The notes: generated from the sequence alone by a model not told the origin. A stretch of 64,000 nt of DNA from Candidatus Dadabacteria bacterium (GCA_963805855.1 CAWDVW010000002.1:416001-480000), one strand, 5' to 3'; numbered from the stretch's first letter, positions 8,889 to 18,697 are shown. Numbers and translations are program-made.

Positions 8889-10292
8889 GTGGGCAAAGAG
8901 AGATTCGTACTAGGATGGGAAGGTGGAAGCGAAGATTCATTTGATATCAAAGATATTGTATCTGATAGGGTAAGATCTGTTATAGAAAGTCCGCATGGAA
9001 TGTGGAACTACATGACATACAGGGATGCAATAGGGATATTGGGCTTAGATGCCGGGGAGATATACAGAGAAGGAAGGATTGATTTAGATCCCAAAGAATG
9101 GGCTGATTTTGGCTGGATGTCTTGCTACGCTGGACCTCCCAAGAGCGCCATCAAAGAAATGAAATCCAGAACAAAGGCATCAAACATTAATCCCTATTCA
9201 CCTGATCTTATTAATCCGCTCAGGGATGCGTGTGCTTTATTGAAATTCAAACGACCTAGAGGAGAAGAATTTGAAGTCATAGGAACGGAGGGAGGACAGG
9301 CAGGAATTTCTTACTTTCTCCAATCTACTCTAAATCCCGGAGATGAAGTCATTATCACCGATCCGGGATATTTCCATTTTGAATCTGCAATTCTTATGGC
9401 CAGGGGCGTGCCGGTGAGGATTCCTCTTGATTCTAAAAATGGGTTCTGTTTAGACCCCGACGAGGTCAAAGATTGTATCACTCCCAGGACAAAAGTTTTG
9501 ATTATCTGTGACCCGATTAATCCTTTCGGAACCATTCAGTCCAGAGAGAGTCTATTAGATCTAATCGAGCTTGCGAATAAATCCAATATTTTGATCCTTA
9601 ATGATATTACCCATAACACGCATCAAATCGACCCGACTGCACAACATTACGCGATGAGTTCACTGTGGAGGGAAATTAATGTTGACAGGGTGGTTTCGGT
9701 CTTCAGCGTGTCGCATGGGTATGGAATGGCGGGTGTCCGCATCGGATTCCTGGCCGGCCATCCCAAGCTTATGAGAACATGTTTGTTGACTAAAATTTCT
9801 TTAACCAGGCTTAATACCAATTTAATTGCTCAGTACGGCGCCATTGCAGCATTAAATGATCATGCATACATTCAGAAATCAGAAAAGATTATAAGACGCA
9901 ACTACCGGGTCATAAAGGGCATAATCGATAATACCGAAGGGTTATCGATTCCGGTAGAACCCAAGTACGGATTTTCAATGGTCTTGGATGTTTCTGGAAC
10001 CGGGGTAACTGCCCAGGAATTGACCGTGGCTTTATTTAAACACCGAGTAGCTGTATATCCCGGAGACGGGCTGGGAGATATTGGTGCAACTGACTACATA
10101 AGGCTTAATATTTCCCGTCCGGACATTTGGGCATTTAGGCATTTTCGCAATGTTCTGCCGATGGCTGTCGAGGAAGCGAAATCGGGTATTTATCGCAACA
10201 GCGTCGCCCAATTTTTTAAGGGTAAGAAAACAAAGCGTGCTCGCAATATCTTACAGAAAATGAATGATTTGCATCTGGCTCGAGAACCTTAG
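8889..10292 (+). CDS. Fold-type I PLP enzyme (class I/II aminotransferase family) with His at the Schiff-base Lys position
   Basis: PGDEVIITDPGY, DPINPFG, NDITH, SVSHGYGMAGVRIGF (canonical SxSKxxGxxGxRxG), YIRLN; GTG start after AAGGAG. Confidence 0.85.
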   Translation: MGKERFVLGWEGGSEDSFDIKDIVSDRVRSVIESPHGMWNYMTYRDAIGILGLDAGEIYREGRIDLDPKEWADFGWMSCYAGPPKSAIKEMKSRTKASNINPYSPDLINPLRDACALLKFKRPRGEEFEVIGTEGGQAGISYFLQSTLNPGDEVIITDPGYFHFESAILMARGVPVRIPLDSKNGFCLDPDEVKDCITPRTKVLIICDPINPFGTIQSRESLLDLIELANKSNILILNDITHNTHQIDPTAQHYAMSSLWREINVDRVVSVFSVSHGYGMAGVRIGFLAGHPKLMRTCLLTKISLTRLNTNLIAQYGAIAALNDHAYIQKSEKIIRRNYRVIKGIIDNTEGLSIPVEPKYGFSMVLDVSGTGVTAQELTVALFKHRVAVYPGDGLGDIGATDYIRLNISRPDIWAFRHFRNVLPMAVEEAKSGIYRNSVAQFFKGKKTKRARNILQKMNDLHLAREP

Positions 10293-10365
10293 ATCGGTAG
10301 TCGGCTATCAGAAAGGATTAACAAGTTATAGAATAATTGATAGATATAACTTACGACGACGTTCT

Positions 10366-10417
10366 GTAGGTAACGCATGCCTGCCCTGAGCGCGGTCGAA
10401 GGGGATGCGTTCCCTAC
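10366..10417. repeat. GTAG REP with nested CTGAGC..GTCGAAGG module
   Basis: Arms match 1186-1213 but the loop contains gcctgccctgagcgcggtcgaagggg. Confidence 0.75.
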
Positions 10418-10475
10418 GCAATAATTACCCGATTAGGTTCTTAAAAATCATTCGAGACGATCAATCTCATCACAA

Positions 10476-11729
10476 ATGGAAAAGATAGAAGGAGTTTCAG
10501 TAGAAAAGCTTGTCAATGATTTCGGTTCCCCCCTTTTCATTGTTTCTGCTAAGACTATCAGAGAGAATCTAAAGAGGTTTCGTAGCGAATTTTCAACTAG
10601 GTATCCAAAAGTTGAAGTAGCCTATTCCTATAAAGTTAACTGTCTGAGTGGGGTGCTGGAGATAATACACAATGAAGGGGCATGGGCCGAAGTAGCCTCT
10701 GGCTTTGAATATGAATTAGCAAGAAAGATCGGAGTTCCTGGTAAATCCATTGTTTTTAACGGTCCCTACAAGAAAAAAGAGGAAATTAACAAGGCAATTG
10801 AAGAAGGCGCCTTAATTAATGTTGACAACGAAATTGAATTAAAGCTGTTGGAGGAAATTGCATCCGAATTTCAAAAGCCAATTGAGGTGGGTATCAGACT
10901 AAATACCGATGTTGGGATAAAGCAGTTGCCTGATAGATTTGGATTTAACATTGAATCAGGCAGAGCCTTGGAGATCGTAAGCTACTGTACAACGAAAACG
11001 CCAATCAGGATAGTAGGGGTCCACATCCATCTGACAAGCTACATCATTTCCCCTGAAGTCTTCAATAGTCAGACCCCTGCAAAGAGTATAGAACTTATCT
11101 GGCCGAAAGACTCAAATTTGTACAGGCTAGCGGCGGATAAAATAACTGATTTTGCCGACGAAATAAGAAAGAGATTTGGCATAAGCTTAAAGTACATTGA
11201 CATGGGAGGCGGGTACCCGACACTTGATTCTATCACAGCCTATGCAGACGCGATAGCTGAGCCGATTCTGGAGGCTTTCAATCACATCCACCCCCTATTG
11301 ATACTGGAACCTGGAAGAGCAATTGTAAAGGATGCTGTACAGATGATAACAACAGTAGTAGGCGCTAAAGAACTCATGAACGGAATTAGGTCAATCGTGG
11401 TTGATGCGGGAATTAACATGATTCCGACATCTTCTTGGAAGTTTCAGGAGATCGAACCCGTGGCTAAAGGTCGCGGCAACCTACGAGAAACGATTGTCTA
11501 TGGGCCACTTTGCCTTCAGACAGACATTTTGGGTATAACAAAACTCCCACATCTGAACGTGGGAGACAGGCTTGTTATAAAAAACGTCGGCGCATATAAC
11601 ATTTCTCAATCTAGTTCGTTTATATTCCCGCGCCCTATTATAATTCTTATTGATAAAAACAAGGTAACAGTTCTAAGACGTTCAGAAACAATAAAGGAGA
11701 TTTTATCTTACGAAGACCGCATATCGTAA
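10476..11729 (+). CDS. Group IV PLP-dependent decarboxylase (diaminopimelate decarboxylase-like)
   Basis: YSYKVN (PLP Lys), AEVASGFE, FNGPYK, RFG, DMGGG, LEPGR, GPLC, GAY. Confidence 0.85.
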   Translation: MEKIEGVSVEKLVNDFGSPLFIVSAKTIRENLKRFRSEFSTRYPKVEVAYSYKVNCLSGVLEIIHNEGAWAEVASGFEYELARKIGVPGKSIVFNGPYKKKEEINKAIEEGALINVDNEIELKLLEEIASEFQKPIEVGIRLNTDVGIKQLPDRFGFNIESGRALEIVSYCTTKTPIRIVGVHIHLTSYIISPEVFNSQTPAKSIELIWPKDSNLYRLAADKITDFADEIRKRFGISLKYIDMGGGYPTLDSITAYADAIAEPILEAFNHIHPLLILEPGRAIVKDAVQMITTVVGAKELMNGIRSIVVDAGINMIPTSSWKFQEIEPVAKGRGNLRETIVYGPLCLQTDILGITKLPHLNVGDRLVIKNVGAYNISQSSSFIFPRPIIILIDKNKVTVLRRSETIKEILSYEDRIS

Positions 11730-12014
11730 ACTTTTATGAGGGATCACCAATCAAGTACATTTCACCTGTAAGTTGTGGTGCGCCGCTGGCATGGTCAAGG
11801 GTAAACGCGAATTCTTTTATCTGACCGGCGGCAGGAAGTGTTCCCAAATTCATAACGTTGTCTTCCATTATATTCCACAGTAAGAAGACCAATTCTCTCT
11901 TTGTCCCGGACCAATCTATTCAGCATCCCAGGATCAATTAAGTTATAATAAATTTTGCTAACTCCAAAATATTATCTACTCGAGGGTTATTAATTTATCC
12001 AGAAGTTAGCAAGG

Positions 12015-12806
12015 ATGAAAAAAATCAGACTGAGAACTTTCGTAATATTATCTTTGGTCTTGCATATTATCCTTATAACTGCTTTAGTGGCAATTTTTCT
12101 ACCAGAGCGAGGAATATTGAGAAATGCGCAAACTCCGATTTCGGTCGGTATTCTGACTCAAAGCAATGGAATTGATAACGCAAAGGATAACTCTTTAGAT
12201 TCTATTGCACGCAATGTTTCAAAACGAAAAGAAACCCAGAAAACAAACGAGCCTAGAGAAAAGGGGAGCTTCCAAAGAGATGATAATGAAAAAACAATCA
12301 AAAAGATTGATCAGGAAAAAGAAAAAACAACCGCAAAAGAACACGTCAAAGAAAAAGCTAGCGTATCTTCTGGTTCAAGTGCAATAGACACTGAAACTGC
12401 CAGTAATGAAATTGCTTTTAGTGACACTGACAAGGAAACAAATAATCAAAGGACAGCTAGATTAAGCGGTAACGAGAATATGAATCTTGAAAGAGATTTT
12501 GGCACCGATTCTCTAAGTCGAAATATTGAGCGCGCTTTTCCCGATTATAAGGTAAATCCTAAACCCAGGTATCCAACGTTAGCCAGGAGGAAGGGATATG
12601 AAGGAACCATTCTCTTGAGAGTGTTCGTACTAGAGACCGGCGGGGTAGGAAAAGTAGAATTAGAGAAATCCTCTGGGTATGAGATTCTGGATGAGTCAGC
12701 GCTTAAAGCCGTAAAGAAGTGGGTTTTCATTCCGGGGAAAAACGACGGAAAACCAGTTCCAAGCTGGGTAACAGTTCCGATTAAGTTTCAACTAAATAGC
12801 GGTTAA
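12015..12806 (+). CDS. tonB: Energy transducer TonB family protein
   Basis: N-terminal TM with SLVLH; C-terminal PKPRYPTLARRKGYEGTI..KSSGY..LDESAL..W.F.P. Confidence 0.9.
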   Translation: MKKIRLRTFVILSLVLHIILITALVAIFLPERGILRNAQTPISVGILTQSNGIDNAKDNSLDSIARNVSKRKETQKTNEPREKGSFQRDDNEKTIKKIDQEKEKTTAKEHVKEKASVSSGSSAIDTETASNEIAFSDTDKETNNQRTARLSGNENMNLERDFGTDSLSRNIERAFPDYKVNPKPRYPTLARRKGYEGTILLRVFVLETGGVGKVELEKSSGYEILDESALKAVKKWVFIPGKNDGKPVPSWVTVPIKFQLNSG

Positions 12807-12821
12807 TCATCCAGCAACGTT

Positions 12822-13454
12822 CTAAATTTCTTGACAGACCCACCTGTAGCTATAGGAAATTTCATAATTATTGTCTTTTTTATCTCTAGCCTGTCCGCAA
12901 ACCACTTCTGCATTAAGAATTAACTTATTATCTTGGCTCGAGATGATATTTTTATACTGTGGGCTGCATTGGCCGCTGCACCTCTCGTACAGATTTTTAC
13001 CATCTTCTCCCTTACCCTGCGAAAATTTAGACAACCAATTCTCGAGAGCTTGCATCGTGTCAAATTCCTTTTCACTGTACGTAAACGGAGTTTTTTCAGT
13101 TTCACCCTGCAACGTTTGGCACTTTTCTTGTTGATCATAACCAGTTAAGAAATTATTCGGTATAGATTGGAAAACAATCAGAGGCTTATCGGGAAGTTGG
13201 CAATCAGATGGGCAAAGATCAGTCGGTTTTTCCGCATTCGCTAAATTGGTCTCGGCTTTGTTTAACATCTCTTTCGTTTCAAAGCGAATCGATCCTTTTT
13301 TATTTTGAGCGTTTGCCAACATGGAAGCTGAAGCGAGGCTTGACTCTATTTTAGCATCTCTGATATAAGACGAGCAATCTTTATCCGCTTCGGCTTTTAC
13401 GAGGATTGAAATAGACATTATAACCATTAGATAAAGTGATATTTTGAATCTCAT
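12822..13454 (-). CDS. Secreted Cys-containing hypothetical protein
   Basis: Signal-peptide-like N-terminus, 8 Cys, RBS GGAGG. Confidence 0.65.
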   Translation of the reverse strand: MRFKISLYLMVIMSISILVKAEADKDCSSYIRDAKIESSLASASMLANAQNKKGSIRFETKEMLNKAETNLANAEKPTDLCPSDCQLPDKPLIVFQSIPNNFLTGYDQQEKCQTLQGETEKTPFTYSEKEFDTMQALENWLSKFSQGKGEDGKNLYERCSGQCSPQYKNIISSQDNKLILNAEVVCGQARDKKDNNYEISYSYRWVCQEI

Positions 13455-13614
13455 ATCATCCTCCTGAATGTTTTTACAATTACTTATGCCTTTATTTACA
13501 GAACTGACGATCTCTTAAATTGTAAGATACTTTCCTTTTTGGCGAAACGGAACTTTAAGAAAATTTTAACAAAGATAATATTCACTCTAAAGGATCAATT
13601 AGCACACAATTTCT

Positions 13615-13836
13615 TTAATAAATTCGTTTAACTTCTACCATATCACCAACCCCCTCTACCTCAATAAGAAACTTATCACCTTCCTGCCATATTGTCACCT
13701 TAGGACGATAATCATATACATACTTGTATTTGTCTTTGATCTGTTGCCACTTCTCTCCGTTTTCCAGCGAAAATATTTTTTTAATCTCAAACCCTTCAAA
13801 AACGTCTTCCATACGACTTTCAGTTACTTTCTTCAT
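13615..13836 (-). CDS. Small hypothetical protein
   Basis: 73 aa, F.LENGEKWQQ beta-rich pattern. Confidence 0.6.
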   Translation of the reverse strand: MKKVTESRMEDVFEGFEIKKIFSLENGEKWQQIKDKYKYVYDYRPKVTIWQEGDKFLIEVEGVGDMVEVKRIY

Positions 13837-14130
13837 AAGATTTGTGCTACCTTTACCGAAAGGCTCTTCCTATATTCAGTGAATTAAATTAATTAAAGAG
13901 TACAAAGATTTTAGCATAAAAAAAAGGTAATTAAAGAACGGATATCAAATTAAAATCTAAGCGGGTCGTAAGATTATGAGCAGGCTCGACTCTCGGGCAC
14001 TTGCGTTTATTTCTGAGAATCGTTTTATCAGATAAAAGGTGCCCGGTATCAGAAAACCAAAATTCCCGAAGATTTATTACCTATCGAGGCGGCCCGACTG
14101 CACTATCGATATATAGGTAGACGCGCAATA

Positions 14131-14547
14131 TTACTTTAAAACCGGAACGGCGCCCAGCACCTCTATTTCCTTCGGATACATGAACATCGAGGCCGCACCC
14201 AAAGTGCTTCCATTTCTCAAGTACGTGTCATTGCTATGGGGAGGCAACGTTACGGGTAAAACACCGGTCTCCTGAGCGATTTGAGTTCCAGCCCGTGGGG
14301 CAGAAGTCTGGTAGTAACGCACCCTTACCATGACATCCTTATAGGGTATATCGCTGGTGTTTTCAATTGTAACGTGATGTATGATTGCCACAGCACTCCA
14401 GGTTGAGTAAATCGCCCAGTCAGTGATCTTAATGTACCACTCCGGATGATCAAGCATCTGTCTATTGTAGCTAAATGAGTTAGCGCTCGGACTGAGAAGC
14501 ATAATGGCAATCAAAGTAATAGTAGTTGCTATCTTGGAAATTCGCAT
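14131..14547 (-). CDS. Secreted hypothetical protein (paralog of 53315-53764)
   Basis: Signal peptide; shared HPEWY, IENT.DI.YKD, LPVT.PP.S..TYL.NG. Confidence 0.75.
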   Translation of the reverse strand: MRISKIATTITLIAIMLLSPSANSFSYNRQMLDHPEWYIKITDWAIYSTWSAVAIIHHVTIENTSDIPYKDVMVRVRYYQTSAPRAGTQIAQETGVLPVTLPPHSNDTYLRNGSTLGAASMFMYPKEIEVLGAVPVLK

Positions 14548-14729
14548 TATGACTCTCGGCCTTATCCGCGTGGGGTTGGACTTACAAGCAAAAGTACAGT
14601 CACATTATAGACCATTTAATCATCAATCTCCAATACTTTTGGTTTGTTCGGGTCAAATTTGAACTCAGATTTCATTGCGTTGCTAAAGAGCTCTCGGATT
14701 CACACTCCTCGAAAAAGACATCTCAGGTC

Positions 14730-15137
14730 TTACCACCAGCCCCACGGTCCACCCAACCAATCCCAGGAGTTCATTTCCATTGCTGCTTCTTCGTTCATCA
14801 ATGCAGCCTGCTGCTCCTCTTCTGCAATTGCAGCCTCCTGGGCTAACTTTGCGTAACGGTCGTAGGCAGTCTGATCGCCAGTATAAACACACTTACAGTT
14901 ATAAGGATCCGCATAGAAGTATAGTGGATTACCATCCTTCACACGGTAGTGAAGCTTAAGGGGCGGCAGTGAATTCAGCATCTCCTCCTTTTCAGGGGTG
15001 TCCGCTGGAAGTATCTTGAAGCCGGCCGCAGCTAACAGGCTATCAACTTGTTGCGCCTCGCTCGTTCGTATTGCGGCACAGCTCAAATGCATTAATATCA
15101 TCGTGCCAATTGTTATAAGAACTGTAATTCTCATCAT
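14730..15137 (-). CDS. Putative lipoprotein
   Basis: Lipobox-like LSC; LLAAAGFK, YFYADPYNCKCVYTG; RBS GGAGG. Confidence 0.7.
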   Translation of the reverse strand: MMRITVLITIGTMILMHLSCAAIRTSEAQQVDSLLAAAGFKILPADTPEKEEMLNSLPPLKLHYRVKDGNPLYFYADPYNCKCVYTGDQTAYDRYAKLAQEAAIAEEEQQAALMNEEAAMEMNSWDWLGGPWGWW

Positions 15138-15430
15138 TAGCTGCCTCCTATTTCTATTAACTCAACCTCAATTCGATTTTAATTAACTATATAGAGAAAA
15201 TTATCAATTATCCAGAAATAAATGATTAGCAATTTACATATTCAATTGAACACTAGACGCCAAAGTAATCATAACAAAAAACTTTAACGTTCGTCCTCTG
15301 CACATTTTTCTATTGGTAAATTTATTCCGAGGTCTTGGGTCTGGGAAAGAAGTTAAGCGTAATCCAATTAGAATGATAACGCCAATTGAATAATGAACGA
15401 ACATGTAAGGAAGGTAAGGAAATTATGAAG

Positions 15431-16429
15431 TTAAGACTTGAATTGAGAAGATACTTCATCAAGATATTCCAGATCTTGCTTATTTAGAGCAAATCTCATA
15501 GAATCTGCGTTAGTTATTGCCTGTTCATCACTTGTTGCACCAGGTATAGCGACCACTCGATCTCCATTGAAATTTATCAACCAGTTGAGCGAGATTTGAG
15601 ACATCGATACCCGATACTTCCCGGCCAAACCTCTGATCACACTAATTACAGGATAGCTTTTTTCAAGCCCCTTGCGCTTGAAGGCACTTTGGTATTTTCT
15701 AAAGCCTTGCCGCGTGTTGATTAGATCAGGATCATCATGAAACTTGCCAGTTAACAATCCCCTGGCTAAAGGTGTATGAGCTATAATAGTAATGTTAAGA
15801 TCTCTAGCCGCATCTAAAATGCCATTGGTCTCAATCTTCCTATTCAATAGGCTGTAGTTTACTTGATTCGAGACAAGGCCCAGTCCATGTTTTAAAAGTT
15901 CCCGATGAGCTCTTTTCATTTGATTTGCCGAAAAATTGCTTACCCCTATGTAACGGATCTTCCCGTCTTGTACAAGTCCTGCCATAGCATTAACTTCGGA
16001 CTCAATCGAAGAAAATGAAAAGGGGTTATGTATTTGATATAGATCGATACAATTGGTCTTCAGTGCATCTAATCTTTTTCCAATCGTCCTGGTGATTGAT
16101 CGAGCTGTCCTAAGCACAGGCCACCACTTAGTGGCAACAATTACATCATCACATGATTTACCGCAATTCTTTAGAGCGTCAGAAAGCGCTTTCTCGGATT
16201 CCCCCCATCCATATACCTCGGCGGTATCAAACCAATTTATACCACGATTCAAGCTTTCTTCCACAATTCTTGATATTTCATCATCATCTAACGTCCCCCA
16301 ATACTTGCCCGATAGGCCCTTCCTCTTACTAAATTGCCAACTACCGAGCCCAATCGGTGAAACCATCAATTCCGAATATCCAACTCTTCTGAAAGCGAAT
16401 TCAGTTTCCAAGTTATTATCAACCCACAA
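15431..16429 (-). CDS. Aldo/keto reductase
   Basis: GINWFDTAEVYG, VATK, IDLYQIH, IGVSNF, IPGA. Confidence 0.9.
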   Translation of the reverse strand: MWVDNNLETEFAFRRVGYSELMVSPIGLGSWQFSKRKGLSGKYWGTLDDDEISRIVEESLNRGINWFDTAEVYGWGESEKALSDALKNCGKSCDDVIVATKWWPVLRTARSITRTIGKRLDALKTNCIDLYQIHNPFSFSSIESEVNAMAGLVQDGKIRYIGVSNFSANQMKRAHRELLKHGLGLVSNQVNYSLLNRKIETNGILDAARDLNITIIAHTPLARGLLTGKFHDDPDLINTRQGFRKYQSAFKRKGLEKSYPVISVIRGLAGKYRVSMSQISLNWLINFNGDRVVAIPGATSDEQAITNADSMRFALNKQDLEYLDEVSSQFKS

Positions 16430-16498
16430 TTGTAAAAAGAATCAACGGATAATTAATTGCTATTTTATACAATCTCCACAGGGCAGTGTGACTTTTGA

Positions 16499-17185
16499 TC
16501 AACTTTCACCAGCCCAACTCCCCTTTTTCGTCTTCCTTTTCAATGTAAGTTTTAGCATAGCTAAGAATGATTCACGGTCGACCTCTCGTGCTCCAAGACT
16601 CTTCATGTGATTTGTCGGAATTTGAGAATCAATGAAATCGAATCCCCATGATTTTAATTTCTCCACCAAGCAATATAAGGAAACTTTCGAAGCGTTGCTC
16701 ATCGAGTAAAACATAGATTCTCCAAAAAAAGCGCCGCCTAAAGAAATTCCGTATAATCCTCCAACTAGCTCGTCTTGGTAGAACGTCTCAACTGAATGAG
16801 CAAAACCCTCATTGTATAATTGTACAAATGCATCAGTCATATCATCTGTAATCCATGTCGCATCCTGATTTTTCCGTTTAACCGTGGCGCATTTCATTAT
16901 CACCTCTTCAAAGCAGTTATCAAATCTTATTTCAAAATCTTCTGAATTTATAATCCTTCTTAAGCTTTTGGAAACTCTCATTTCATCGGGGAATAATAAT
17001 AATCGCGGATCAGGTGAAAACCACATAATCGGATTCCCCTCAGAATACCACGGGAAAATGCCATTTTGATAAGCTAATATCAACCGCTCCATTCTTAAGT
17101 CACCCCCAACTGCAACCAAACCATCGGGTTCAGCACATCTCGGATCCGGAAATACCAACGAGTTATTAAGTAGAAACACAGTCAT
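16499..17185 (-). CDS. aat: Leucyl/phenylalanyl-tRNA--protein transferase
   Basis: GLVAVGGDL..ERLILAY..GIFPW, TWIT, AHSVE, LVGGLYG, FFGESMF, NASK. Confidence 0.95.
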   Translation of the reverse strand: MTVFLLNNSLVFPDPRCAEPDGLVAVGGDLRMERLILAYQNGIFPWYSEGNPIMWFSPDPRLLLFPDEMRVSKSLRRIINSEDFEIRFDNCFEEVIMKCATVKRKNQDATWITDDMTDAFVQLYNEGFAHSVETFYQDELVGGLYGISLGGAFFGESMFYSMSNASKVSLYCLVEKLKSWGFDFIDSQIPTNHMKSLGAREVDRESFLAMLKLTLKRKTKKGSWAGES

Positions 17186-17273
17186 TAATATACGAAAACA
17201 ATATAGGGGTCAACGAATATATTGACCTTACGATTAATCGTGGATTAAAATTACCATGGGCATTATCAAAGTT

Positions 17274-17552
17274 TTATCCATCCGTGTGGCCCAGGTCCTT
17301 TCCGGGAGCAACATGGTCCCTAATCAACTGTTTTAACTCCTTAATATCGGGAAATCGCCCTCGATCTTTACGAGACCAGATCGTTGTCTCGCTTACTCTA
17401 ACTTCGAATATGCCGCCCGTTCCCGGTATAAGAGAAACACCCCCTATCTCCATCTCGAAGGTTGACAGAAGCTCTTGTGCCATCCAAGCCGCTCTTAACA
17501 GCCATCGACACTGAGTACAATATTTAATCTCGACAATTTTCGGCTTTGTCAT
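17274..17552 (-). CDS. SelT/SelW/SelH (Rdx) family protein, Cys form
   Basis: YCTQCRWLLRAAWMAQELLSTF, GGIFEV, GRFPDIKELKQ, DLGH. Confidence 0.92.
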   Translation of the reverse strand: MTKPKIVEIKYCTQCRWLLRAAWMAQELLSTFEMEIGGVSLIPGTGGIFEVRVSETTIWSRKDRGRFPDIKELKQLIRDHVAPGKDLGHTDG

Positions 17553-17849
17553 GACTAAGATACGCCGCAGTAATGAACCTGCGTAAAAAATTAAATATTA
17601 TTTTACATAATTAGAATATAATGTCTCTGAACTTAAATTATTTTGTCGTGCTCCAAACTTCAAAATTCTAACAGTTTCAATAATGATAAATAATGAATAA
17701 TAAGCGATTAATACGTCACGGAGAATAATTTATTGACAAAGGATGAAAGAGTATTAGTATATAGAAGGTAAGTTGCCACACTTCCTGCCAAGACCTATCA
17801 AAGGCTCAGAAATAAATATTAAAACAACCCATGCCATAGGAGGGGAAAA

Positions 17850-18653
17850 ATGAGATATGTAATTTTACTGTTAAGTGCAGTTATGATTTTTATAGCTAGA
17901 TTTCCTGCCATCGCGGAAATAAAAGGGGAAGAAGTTCAGTATAGTGATAATGGCACCACGCTCAAGGGATACCTCGCGTATGATGACAGCATCGAGGGTA
18001 AACGTCCGGGGGTTCTTGTGGTTCATGAGTGGTGGGGACACAACGATTATGCCAGGAAGAGAGCAAACATGCTTGCAGAATTAGGGTATACCGCGCTGGC
18101 TGTAGACATGTATGGTAATGGTCAGCAAGCAGATCATCCTGAGAAAGCGGGCGAGCTGTCGAGCAATGTAATGAAAAATCTTGATAATGCCCAGAAAAGG
18201 TTTGAAGCTGCTATGAATCTTTTAAAAAAACAAAATACAGTTAATCCAGAGCAAATTGCCGCCATAGGATATTGCTTCGGAGGCGCTGTGGTATTGAACA
18301 TGGCTCTCCGAGGTGTAGACCTTGACGGTGTCGCAAGCTTTCATGGTATTCTTCCCACAGCGGCGCCCGAAAATGCAGATATAAAATCCAAGGTCATAGT
18401 ATTCCAGGGAGCGAAAGACCCATTCGTCAAAGATGAGCAGGTAGAGGAGTTTAAAAAAGCGATGGACAGTACCAATGCTGATTATGAAATCATTATCTAT
18501 TCCAATGCAAAACACAGCTTTACAAATCCTAAGGCCGATGAGTATGGAAAAAAATTCGACCTTCCCTTGGAATATAACGCTGAGGCTGACCAAAAGTCAT
18601 GGGATAGGACACAGGAATTTTTGAAGACAGTATTTGCGGAAGAGAAAAAGTAA
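17850..18653 (+). CDS. Dienelactone hydrolase family protein (exported)
   Basis: PGVLVVHEWWG, GYCFGG nucleophile, SFHG, AKHSFTNP; signal peptide. Confidence 0.9.
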   Translation: MRYVILLLSAVMIFIARFPAIAEIKGEEVQYSDNGTTLKGYLAYDDSIEGKRPGVLVVHEWWGHNDYARKRANMLAELGYTALAVDMYGNGQQADHPEKAGELSSNVMKNLDNAQKRFEAAMNLLKKQNTVNPEQIAAIGYCFGGAVVLNMALRGVDLDGVASFHGILPTAAPENADIKSKVIVFQGAKDPFVKDEQVEEFKKAMDSTNADYEIIIYSNAKHSFTNPKADEYGKKFDLPLEYNAEADQKSWDRTQEFLKTVFAEEKK

Positions 18654-18666
18654 CATTTACTGACGA

Positions 18667-18697
18667 CTCCTGGAGGTTATTACCTCCAGGGGTTTAT
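18667..18697 (+). terminator. Probable intrinsic terminator
   Basis: ctcctggaggt-tatt-acctccagggg hairpin followed by tttat, between convergent genes. Confidence 0.55.

Noticed and set aside
11730-12014. Cobalamin riboswitch upstream of tonB
   Set aside because: No B12-box consensus found
17274-17552. Selenoprotein
   Set aside because: Motif is CxxC with no in-frame TGA
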